This document shows positions 40,758 to 48,712 of a stretch of 64,000 nt of DNA, piece after piece. The stretch covers positions 14,386 to 78,385 of the IMG/VR virus record IMGVR_UViG_3300045988_150292; one strand, written 5' to 3'. The notes beneath the pieces were generated by a model that saw only the letters and a list, made by a program, of their open reading frames with translations, ran no database searches and was not told where the DNA came from. Each line of letters starts with the position of its first letter. Position 1 is the first letter of the stretch. The translations under genes and the position numbers were made by a program. This DNA is from a virus.

Positions 40758-41048
40758 ATGGATATTATTTTAAGAAATGCTTTTTTCTTCGATGAAAAAA
40801 CTGGAGTGTTAACAGATGAGCTAACTACAGATTTTGTAAGGGCTTGCAAGGCGTGTGGCGTGTGGGAAACTTATGGCATCGTATGCCTCCCCAATCGTCT
40901 GTTACGTGTCATTTACTTCGATGTTGCGGAATTTGATGAATACACTTTAAACGTGTGGCTGAAAAAATTCCCAGAAAATACTTGGGGGCTTGATGATGAA
41001 CATCAAGCAATTGCCGTGGTATTCGCAGAGTACCCAATACCGTATTAA
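40758..41048 (+). CDS. hypothetical protein
   Basis: Start moved to MDIILRN, which is preceded by TAGAATTATG like other genes of the array. Confidence 0.5.
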   Translation: MDIILRNAFFFDEKTGVLTDELTTDFVRACKACGVWETYGIVCLPNRLLRVIYFDVAEFDEYTLNVWLKKFPENTWGLDDEHQAIAVVFAEYPIPY

Positions 41049-41058
41049 TTAATGGCAA

Positions 41059-41105
41059 TCCGTGTTAGTTCGAGGCTATACCGTGGTTCAAATCCATGGC
41101 ACGGA
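41059..41105 (+). ncRNA. tRNA-like minihelix (acceptor-like stem plus T-arm, no D or anticodon arms)
   Basis: TCCGTG (41059-64) pairs with CACGGA (41100-05). CCGTGG (41081-86) pairs with CCATGG (41094-99) around the T-loop-like TTCAAAT. Confidence 0.3.
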
Positions 41106-41146
41106 ACAACGGCAATATTGCCCAATAACTAAAAAAATTCAAAATT

Positions 41147-41665
41147 ATGAAAACTCTAAACGAACGTGTGAAAGATGTGGTGCGTACCGTTGTACTCGAT
41201 GCGGATTATACGGAATTAGGTGAACAATCTAAAGCCGTGCAAGAATGGCTACAGAATGATGCTAAATTCATTCAGTTGAAAAAAGCGTTAGAAGCCTACA
41301 GACTTAAGGCTTTTGCAGAAAACGCTGAGTACCAGAAAATAAGCCGTGCTACATTGTTCACCGCTTTTGTAGCGGTAGTAAAGTTGGTAAAAGGTGTCAA
41401 CATTCCCGAAAACTACCTAACTGAGGACGACGGTAATACCCTTGCGCGTCTTGCATCTGAGAATATATGTGATACAGATTCACGTATAGCTTCACTTATA
41501 TGTCGGATTAACGACACCTTTAAGCCGGCAAAGGTTACACGTACAACAGAATTCATTCCGTACACTATTGCGGAAATTCGCAAATTGGTTGAACTCATTC
41601 AGTTGGGTATTTTGGAACGTGAAGCGGTGCGAAGACAAGTAAGAGAAGGAAAACGGAAACGTTAA
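41147..41665 (+). CDS. hypothetical protein
   Basis: 172-aa ORF, followed by a strong terminator. Confidence 0.55.
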   Translation: MKTLNERVKDVVRTVVLDADYTELGEQSKAVQEWLQNDAKFIQLKKALEAYRLKAFAENAEYQKISRATLFTAFVAVVKLVKGVNIPENYLTEDDGNTLARLASENICDTDSRIASLICRINDTFKPAKVTRTTEFIPYTIAEIRKLVELIQLGILEREAVRRQVREGKRKR

Positions 41666-41681
41666 CCGCTACAGACAAGAC

Positions 41682-41717
41682 AAAAAAAGGATTGCAATAT
41701 ATTGCAGTCCTTTTTTT
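41682..41717 (+). terminator. intrinsic (bidirectional-type) terminator
   Basis: A7 run, then GGATTGCAATAT/ATTGCAGTCC stem, then T7 run. Confidence 0.8.
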
Positions 41718-41789
41718 GATACCAGATTTTTTTAGGGTGCCCAAATTGGGTACCCTTTGTTATATCCTTTTTTTTCAGAGGATGAAGAT

Positions 41790-42480
41790 TCTAAAAACTG
41801 TCTAAACCGACATTCCGTATATCTCAAGTAACGGAACACTTCCAGACGGAAATAAATTTCCGGAGGATGTGGCAGGTGAGAGGACAGACAGAGGGCAAAC
41901 CTTCATAGTGATATGGAGGAGCGGAGGAGAAATCCCGTCGAGCTGTCGAGAAAATCAGGAAGGAGTCAAGCGAGCGTTTAAGCGTGCTAACTACCTTTTC
42001 CGAGTCAAGCCCTACGCACTGAGTAGGAGTAGATGCAGGCACGGAGAGCAGGATCACGGCAAAAGTTGTACGGATCCCGCCACGATCCGAAGGCAAAGGA
42101 GAAGGCAAGAGCAGCCAGCAGAGGCAGGAGCGGAAACTCCCAGGAGAGCAACCCAATGCACCGTGGAGCCTGAGCCTAACATAAAGCGTTATGTGGGTAT
42201 TGAGAATTAATCATAATTCATATTCTATCGTATGAGCGTGCGAGGTGTGGTTAACCAGAAACGCTCAATATCCGTTATCCGTCACGTGTGGCGGAGCGAG
42301 TGAAGAAAGTAGATACTGAACGGATTAATGAAATCTACCTGAAAGCGGTTATATGTGAGCCGTGTTACCCTTGAGTATGCAGCAGAAAAACATATCGGAC
42401 CAATCTTGTTTAATTGGAGGGTGCCGAATGACGTGAGACATTTTGCAACGAGAGCAAAAGGAAATAGAGGCATCCTGGCT
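41790..42480 (+). other. ORF-poor purine-rich segment (candidate ncRNA or decayed gene)
   Basis: About 0.7 kb lacking the leader motif. Only Arg-rich, implausible ORFs on either strand. Several local helices (42071-76/42084-89; 42233-38/42261-66). Confidence 0.3.
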
Positions 42481-42532
42481 AATGGGGTTGAGAAATCAAC
42501 CCTACAATATAAACCATTAAAATTGTAGAATT

Positions 42533-42763
42533 ATGAAGAAGATTGCGTGCAGTTCATTGTGTGTGTTGTTTATCATTTTGGCGTGCTCCCTGATACCTGC
42601 CTATATCACAGGTGTCAGGGAGCTGCTGGATTCAGCCACACTGACGGAGATAGACTGGAGCCTGACAGTGTGGAGCGGTGTATTGTTCACCGTTTCCACT
42701 GCCTTCCTCGGTGTTGTCATTGCAGATGTGTTCATAACTGCATATCTGGCGGTAAAGAAGTAA
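42533..42763 (+). CDS. small two-helix membrane protein
   Basis: 76 aa, two hydrophobic helices, leader motif upstream. Confidence 0.6.
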   Translation: MKKIACSSLCVLFIILACSLIPAYITGVRELLDSATLTEIDWSLTVWSGVLFTVSTAFLGVVIADVFITAYLAVKK

Positions 42764-42853
42764 AGCCTTAACGAGCAGGACATCGTGTAATGTGGTGTCC
42801 TGCTTTCATCATTAACTGAATGATTTGGAATTTAATTTGAAAACTATAGAATT

Positions 42854-42970
42854 ATGACAAACGACGAGATTTATTACGAGATGGCAGGCGGTTATATCTG
42901 CCTCTGCCATTATGGAGAGCAGCTCCCAGAGACTTCACCAGAGAGAGAAGGAAAGGAGGTGGCACTATGA
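42854..42970 (+). CDS. micro-ORF (38 aa)
   Basis: ATAGAATTATG leader. Its stop overlaps the next start (ATGA at 42967-42970). Below the ORF-track cutoff. Confidence 0.35.
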   Translation: MTNDEIYYEMAGGYICLCHYGEQLPETSPEREGKEVAL

Positions 42971-43203
42971 GAAGAGAGAAGATATATTCAAGTACGATAA
43001 TTCTGCTTGGAATTATTCAGGTGCTTCCAATTTTCCTGCTCCTGGGAAGTACGATAATTGGCGGTCTGCTTGGAGTGTTTTATGCCGTTCTGCTCTGGAA
43101 ATTCTGGAGAAGTACGAGAATTGGAAGATGGTTCATGCGAGAGTGGTGGCGTTCCACGCTGCTGCTTGAGAGGATCATCTTCGGAGGCAATGCAGAGTGT
43201 TGA
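42967..43203 (+). CDS. small membrane protein
   Basis: 78 aa with two similar hydrophobic helices (STIILLGIIQ / STIIGGLLG). Confidence 0.5.
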   Translation: MRREKIYSSTIILLGIIQVLPIFLLLGSTIIGGLLGVFYAVLLWKFWRSTRIGRWFMREWWRSTLLLERIIFGGNAEC

Positions 43204-43282
43204 AATTCTGCGGTGAAAATGCCGGAGCCTGAAAACTGCCTGTAATCCGGGCAGTACGATAATAACTAAAAACGAAAGAATT

Positions 43283-43456
43283 ATGAAAGTATTGATTAGA
43301 GAAAGGTATTTTACAGACAAGTTCACCTGCAACGAGTTTTACAGAGAACATGTCATTACACGCATGGAAGAGCGTGGAGATATGTACCAGTTGTATCAGG
43401 GTGCATATACATACATGTGTGTCCCAAAAAGTGACATTATAAATATAGAATCATGA
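43283..43456 (+). CDS. micro-ORF (57 aa)
   Basis: AAGAATTATG leader. ATGA overlap with the next ORF. Confidence 0.4.
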   Translation: MKVLIRERYFTDKFTCNEFYREHVITRMEERGDMYQLYQGAYTYMCVPKSDIINIES

Positions 43457-43605
43457 AAACAAGAAGACAGGCAGCCATGGAGCTGCTTCCATTGTATAAT
43501 TCAATGGAAACAAGGAAAATCACATTAGGCACTCTCGCAAGGAAAATGTATAAGTGCGGTGATTGCTGGAGATGTACCGGTGTTGGCTACGACTACACCG
43601 TGTAA
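43453..43605 (+). CDS. micro-ORF (50 aa) with CGDCWRC motif
   Basis: Translationally coupled to the preceding ORF and followed by a hairpin plus leader unit. Confidence 0.35.
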   Translation: MKTRRQAAMELLPLYNSMETRKITLGTLARKMYKCGDCWRCTGVGYDYTV

Positions 43606-43665
43606 GCCAAAAAAGGCAGTACGATAATCTGTGCTGCCTTCATTGTCTAACTAAAACTTTGAATT

Positions 43666-43992
43666 ATGGAATATATCAGAACAAAAGAGTATGACACGCC
43701 CATCGACGTGTATTTCGACGGAGAGAAGTACGTTTTCATCAACCGCTTCATCGGTCTCGTTGCCGTTGCCAGAAGAAAAGGGACATCGGCATTCTCCGAT
43801 GACGGGAACACCTGTTATTCCACATTCTCAGTGGAGCACACTGACGGCATCTGCAAGGAGACGATAATAAAGGTGATACAGAAGCAGGAGAGCCAGTATC
43901 TCCCGTGCAGCGTCGCCTACAAATGGAAGGAGGAGCAGAAATATTCCTCTCTTCGTTACTCTGTCTCCGTGAAGCTGGAGAGAATGGGATAA
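43666..43992 (+). CDS. hypothetical protein
   Basis: 108 aa, leader motif upstream. Confidence 0.55.
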   Translation: MEYIRTKEYDTPIDVYFDGEKYVFINRFIGLVAVARRKGTSAFSDDGNTCYSTFSVEHTDGICKETIIKVIQKQESQYLPCSVAYKWKEEQKYSSLRYSVSVKLERMG

Positions 43993-44058
43993 GCCTGAAC
44001 GGTCCTCACCTCAAAAAGGTGGGGATTTCTTTTTACTAACCCTAAAAAAAGAAGAATT

Positions 44059-44421
44059 ATGAGAACAAGAAAGTACAAGACCCTGACAGGGCTGCTGAAG
44101 GCATACGACAGAAAGCAGTTCACAATGAACGATTTCTTGTCTGGACGAATCTATGACGGCTACAAGACATTTAAGTTTGAACTGTCTGACGAAGCCCTAA
44201 GAGAATTGTCCGACGGCTTTTGTTATGCCTGCAACTGCCAGAAATCAAAACGCGACACGGTTTTCTTCAACATGAAATTCCATAAGATATTGAACCGTGG
44301 TATTCTGGACAGGCTATGGGTGGAGTTATGGAATGGCAAACCGAGCTTCACCTTCTGCGTAGGACAGGACGGAGATTATGAGTATCCGCTTGTTAGAAGA
44401 ACCCTATATCGGGGTTATTGA
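44059..44421 (+). CDS. hypothetical protein
   Basis: 120 aa, leader motif upstream. Confidence 0.55.
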   Translation: MRTRKYKTLTGLLKAYDRKQFTMNDFLSGRIYDGYKTFKFELSDEALRELSDGFCYACNCQKSKRDTVFFNMKFHKILNRGILDRLWVELWNGKPSFTFCVGQDGDYEYPLVRRTLYRGY

Positions 44422-44484
44422 GCCAAATGGCGTACATTTCCAAGTGTGCGCCTCATTTTACTAACCCTTTAAAACATTAGAATT

Positions 44485-46053
44485 ATGATTTTTATTAAAA
44501 GTTTCAAAAACTACGAAGAGTTCAAGAAGTTGTTTGCAATCGTGGAACACGGCAACGGAGCCAAGTCTCGCAAGAACAAGATTCTGCTTGCATGGCTCAA
44601 GGACAGACGCTTCCTCAAGGCGTGGCTCTCTTTCCAGAGGACCATGCTGAACAAAGGACTGGTGGCTGAAGAGTTCGTCTACAAATACGATTATCTTAAC
44701 GCCAGAAGTATGGACGATGTGAAAAAAGCCGTTCTCCGTATCTCGGAGTCATTCGCCGCATATCATTTTGACGGCGGACAACCTCAATGGATGGAGAATT
44801 ACGGACCTTTTGTCCTTAACGACTGGCCATTGCGCCACCGGACTCTCTATATCGACAGCCGCCACGGGTTGTGTGCCGACGGAGACACGAAATCCGTCCG
44901 CTACATCAATTCAGAGCGTGGCGACAGGGTGTTCAAGATGAAGGCAGGAAAATTCATAACTTCCTGTCTCGACAGCCTGCCGTTCACAGAAATCCTACCT
45001 GAACAGGTCAAACGATGGATAGGCGAGGAGTTCGCCCGTGACTGGCAGGTATATGCAGAGTCCCTTATCGGAGAGTCTGCGTTGACGCTCCACGTGGGAT
45101 CTGACAAAAGCGACTTTGAGACCATCTACGACAAAAACCTATACAAGGGAGATTTCCACTCCTGTATGGGAGGCGAGGACCAATACTTCTTCTATGCCGA
45201 CGCCGTGGATGCCAGCGCAGCATGGCTGACAGACAGTGACGGAATGATAGTGGCACGTTGTGTCATCTTCAATGACGTCATAGACGAGGAAGGGAAATCC
45301 TGGAGACTGGCAGAGCGTCAATACTCGTCCGATATGGACGAAGTTCTAAAGCAGACGCTTGTGAACAGACTCATCAAGGAAGGCCTCATCGACGGCTACA
45401 AGCGTGTCGGTGTCGATTGTCACGACAACAGGAATTTCGTCGCCAACAACGGCGAGTCCCTGAGGGCGAAGCGGTTCTCTATCGAATGCCGGCTGTGCGA
45501 TGGTGATACGTTGTCGTATCAGGACAGCTTTGTCTGTTACGACTACAACAAGGACATCGCATACAATCATTCCGATGTATACTACACCGACGATCTGGAC
45601 GTAACCAATCATCATTTCTACTGTTCACACGACAACGAAAGATGGTCGGACTATTCGCAAGAGTGGATCGCCGATAATGTCGCCGAGTATGACGACTATC
45701 ACGAGGACTGGATGCACGAGGACTGTTCGACTGATGCTATATATAACGGACACCACATCCATATCAACGAATACCGCACGAATGATTTCGTGTGGTCTGA
45801 AGAGGAAGACTGCTACATCTATGAGGATGAGGCGGTATGGGTTGAAAACCTCAACGACGACATCCTCAGAAGAAACGCCGTCGAGGACATCCACGGAGAG
45901 TGGCAGCGTGCAAACGATTGTGTGCACTCTGCATATCACGATGAGTACATCCTCAAAGAGGATGCTATTTACTCCGAAGTCCTCGAAGACTGGTTCGAAG
46001 ACGAGGATACGATGCACGAAGCAGAGAAAGAAGAACTTGAAGTAGAAGCCTGA
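44485..46053 (+). CDS. large hypothetical protein with strongly acidic, Trp/Tyr-rich C-terminal third
   Basis: 522 aa, leader motif upstream. The last ~150 aa are rich in D/E/W/Y/H (e.g. EDWMHED, VLEDWFEDED). Confidence 0.6.
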   Translation: MIFIKSFKNYEEFKKLFAIVEHGNGAKSRKNKILLAWLKDRRFLKAWLSFQRTMLNKGLVAEEFVYKYDYLNARSMDDVKKAVLRISESFAAYHFDGGQPQWMENYGPFVLNDWPLRHRTLYIDSRHGLCADGDTKSVRYINSERGDRVFKMKAGKFITSCLDSLPFTEILPEQVKRWIGEEFARDWQVYAESLIGESALTLHVGSDKSDFETIYDKNLYKGDFHSCMGGEDQYFFYADAVDASAAWLTDSDGMIVARCVIFNDVIDEEGKSWRLAERQYSSDMDEVLKQTLVNRLIKEGLIDGYKRVGVDCHDNRNFVANNGESLRAKRFSIECRLCDGDTLSYQDSFVCYDYNKDIAYNHSDVYYTDDLDVTNHHFYCSHDNERWSDYSQEWIADNVAEYDDYHEDWMHEDCSTDAIYNGHHIHINEYRTNDFVWSEEEDCYIYEDEAVWVENLNDDILRRNAVEDIHGEWQRANDCVHSAYHDEYILKEDAIYSEVLEDWFEDEDTMHEAEKEELEVEA

Positions 46054-46115
46054 AAAAAGGCGGGAGATGTAATGCTCCTGCCTTTACATCATTAACCATT
46101 AAAACATTTAGAATT

Positions 46116-47057
46116 ATGAAAGAAAAATTGAATTACGAGTTACTTAAAGATCTGTACTGCATCCATTCAAAAAGCGGCAGCGAGAAACGCATCCGTCGAT
46201 TCATCAAGAAATGGCTAAAAGCTAATGTTCCTGAAGCTGTCGTGACACAGGACAATATAGGAAACCTCTACATCACGAAAGGTGTTGCGGTTAATTACCC
46301 CTGCCTGTGCGCACACATGGACCAGGTGCAGGATTTCCATCCTTCTGACTTCACTTGTGTGGAGACTGACGAGGTCATTTTCGGCTATTCGCCCAAGATG
46401 CGCAAGCAGTGCGGACTGGGAGCCGACGACAAGAACGGGATATTCCTTGCGCTCTCTGCGCTGATGGAATACCCTGTCCTCAAATGTGCCTTCTTCATCG
46501 GAGAGGAAATCGGCTGCATCGGCTCAAGCGCCGCAGACATCGGCTTCTTCATAGACTGCCGTTTCTGCGCCCAGATTGACAGGCGTGGAAGCAGTGACAT
46601 GGTGACAGAAATCTCCGGTCCGCTCTGCTCAGATGGTTTCATCAAGGCTGCGGACTGCGAGAGCTGGGGCTACCATGAGTCCGGCGGAATGATGACGGAC
46701 GTAGAGGCGCTTGCAGAAGCCGGTGTCAGCGTGTCGTGCATCAATCTGTCCTGCGGATATTACGATCCGCACACCGACTGCGAGTTCACCCACAAGCCCG
46801 ACCTTGAGAAATGCTGGGCTTTCGTATGCCATCTCATAGAGGACTGCACTGCGGTCTATCCGTTCGAATACACAAACGGATGTCAAGGTTCAACAAGAAC
46901 TTTTTACGTCAAAGACAGTCTCTTATATGAGATGGAATGTGTCCTTGCAGAAGAACCGAATACCACATTCAGAGACTTCTACGACAACGTGGGATGTATG
47001 TATTCTGAGGTCAGTAGAGAAAGTCAGCACATACTGTTCGACTTTGCTAAGAAGTAA
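46116..47057 (+). CDS. M20/M28/M42-type zinc metallopeptidase-like protein
   Basis: Ordered metal/catalytic motifs CAHMDQV, GLGADDKNG, GEEIG, IDRR and YYDPHT. Confidence 0.55.
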   Translation: MKEKLNYELLKDLYCIHSKSGSEKRIRRFIKKWLKANVPEAVVTQDNIGNLYITKGVAVNYPCLCAHMDQVQDFHPSDFTCVETDEVIFGYSPKMRKQCGLGADDKNGIFLALSALMEYPVLKCAFFIGEEIGCIGSSAADIGFFIDCRFCAQIDRRGSSDMVTEISGPLCSDGFIKAADCESWGYHESGGMMTDVEALAEAGVSVSCINLSCGYYDPHTDCEFTHKPDLEKCWAFVCHLIEDCTAVYPFEYTNGCQGSTRTFYVKDSLLYEMECVLAEEPNTTFRDFYDNVGCMYSEVSRESQHILFDFAKK

Positions 47058-47123
47058 GCCTTAAAGAGCCCTGCTCCTCACGGAGTGGGGCTTCCTATTT
47101 TCTAACCTTTAAATTTCAAGAAT

Positions 47124-47801
47124 ATGGACAAGAAAAAGTACATTGAAATTCTGTCTTCCGAGGCGGAGAAGAACGGCAGGCCACAAGAGTCTGCCCTGGA
47201 TGATTTCCTCGACTACGTGATAGACTATTTCGACGTCAAGAGCCTGCAGTCCGGTATGGACTCATACGGCAATCACATTCTGGAGCAGAGGCGCAAATCG
47301 CACGGCTTCTTCAATCTTGTCATAATGTGGCTTCAAGATGTCGCCAAGGCTATGGAGCGTGGAGAATGGCTCGATGTGTTCGGCATTCTTTATGAGGAGA
47401 TGTACCTCTCTCGCGGCAAGGCTTCACGCACGGGACAGTTCTTCACTCCCCAGTGCGTGTCAGGCCTCATGGCTCAGGTAATCGACACCGGCAAGGAATG
47501 TGGCACGGTCAACGACTGCGCTTCCGGCAGCGGACGTCTCCTTCTCGCCCATTATATCAGCAAGAGCAGGACGGATCATTATGCCGGACGCCGCTTCAAG
47601 TATGTGGCGCAGGATTGCGATCCTATCGCCTGCAAGATGTGCGCCTGCAACATGATGGCGCACGGAATGTACGGAATGGTCATCTGCCAGAACACTCTGA
47701 CGATGAGCGTGCCCTCCGTTGTGTACTACATCAACGAGGCTAAATATCCGTTCGACACACCTTACTGCTCCATCCGTGCGGTACGCAACGAAAAAGCCTG
47801 A
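47124..47801 (+). CDS. HsdM/N6-methylase-like protein lacking the NPPY/F catalytic motif
   Basis: GQFFTPQCVSGLMAQVI, DCASGSGRLL (motif I) and YVAQDCDPIACKMCACNMMAHGM...CQNTL match the N6_Mtase layout. The ORF ends about 30 aa later without (D/N/S)PP(Y/F). Confidence 0.55.
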   Translation: MDKKKYIEILSSEAEKNGRPQESALDDFLDYVIDYFDVKSLQSGMDSYGNHILEQRRKSHGFFNLVIMWLQDVAKAMERGEWLDVFGILYEEMYLSRGKASRTGQFFTPQCVSGLMAQVIDTGKECGTVNDCASGSGRLLLAHYISKSRTDHYAGRRFKYVAQDCDPIACKMCACNMMAHGMYGMVICQNTLTMSVPSVVYYINEAKYPFDTPYCSIRAVRNEKA

Positions 47802-47849
47802 AACGGCCTCCCCTGTGGAGGCACATGTTTAACCAATTAAAAAATGATT

Positions 47850-48062
47850 ATGAATACGAATTTAAAAATTGCGCAGTGTGGAATCAGTGATGTTGTCGGT
47901 GGCAGAATGTGGTTTTGTGTAAAGCCCGACAATCCGCGTAAGGTTGAACGTTTTTATACAAAGAGAGAGTGCGAGGCGTATATACGCAAAGAACATAATT
48001 CTAATCCTTATCTTCTGAAAGAATTGCGTAATACTCATGGCAGAGCTTTTATTTACGCCTAA
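47850..48062 (+). CDS. hypothetical protein
   Basis: Start chosen at the ATG that fits the leader motif (MNTNLKIAQ). Confidence 0.5.
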   Translation: MNTNLKIAQCGISDVVGGRMWFCVKPDNPRKVERFYTKRECEAYIRKEHNSNPYLLKELRNTHGRAFIYA

Positions 48063-48111
48063 AAACAGAGAGTTTGTGCTCTCTGACATTATTAACCAAA
48101 ATTCAGAATTT

Positions 48112-48384
48112 ATGAGAAAGATAAAATGTGACTACCATTATGTAGACAACCTCGTCGCACGATACGAAGAGAAGGGAGGATATGCCATACAGCTCAATGA
48201 GGGTTCGCTCGCTTCTGGCGACTGGATTCTGTACGACGACACAGGGAAGCTGAAATGCTTCTATATCTACGAGGAAGCTCTCAGCTCATGGGCTTCTTGC
48301 CAGATCGTACAGGTTTACAGGGACTGGAACGGATTCCCGAAGAAATACAAGAAGATGGTGGAATCCTGCTGTGTCTACGCCTAA
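48112..48384 (+). CDS. hypothetical protein
   Basis: Start moved to MRKIKCDYHY, which follows hairpin 48066-48085 and the leader. Confidence 0.5.
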   Translation: MRKIKCDYHYVDNLVARYEEKGGYAIQLNEGSLASGDWILYDDTGKLKCFYIYEEALSSWASCQIVQVYRDWNGFPKKYKKMVESCCVYA

Positions 48385-48434
48385 AAACAGAGGGAGCAAT
48401 CCCTCTGCCATTATTAACCAAATTATCAAGAATT

Positions 48435-48662
48435 ATGAAGAGATTTTACGTATCAGTCACAGAGACTTTAAACAAGGTAGTAAGTGTAGATGCCGAGAAC
48501 GAGAAAGACGCATTGGAACAAGTAAAAGCAGCCTACTATGATTCGGCTATTGTTCTTGATTCTGACAATTTCTGTGGAGAAACTATAGAGATTGAAGACG
48601 ACCAGCAGTTCTATATCGACTATGAGAAGGACTACGGCAAAACCTATCAGCACGTAGACTGA
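48435..48662 (+). CDS. DpnD/PcfM-like small protein
   Basis: [46 protein letters not shown] resembles that family (from memory). Start fits the leader. Confidence 0.4.
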   Translation: MKRFYVSVTETLNKVVSVDAENEKDALEQVKAAYYDSAIVLDSDNFCGETIEIEDDQQFYIDYEKDYGKTYQHVD

Positions 48663-48712
48663 GCCGGACGGAGGCACACGCCTCCACATCATTAACCAAA
48701 TTTTTTACAATC

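Noticed and set aside
41824-42210. ORFs 41869-42210 (plus) and 41824-42156 (minus) as genes.
   Set aside because: They overlap each other. Both are Arg/Ser/Cys-rich, lack the leader motif and have no recognisable motifs. The region is treated as non-coding or decayed.
42483-48685. Repeated intergenic hairpins as a CRISPR-like array.
   Set aside because: The hairpin sequences differ from one another. The units are separated by whole genes of variable length, and there is no repeat identity or regular spacer size.
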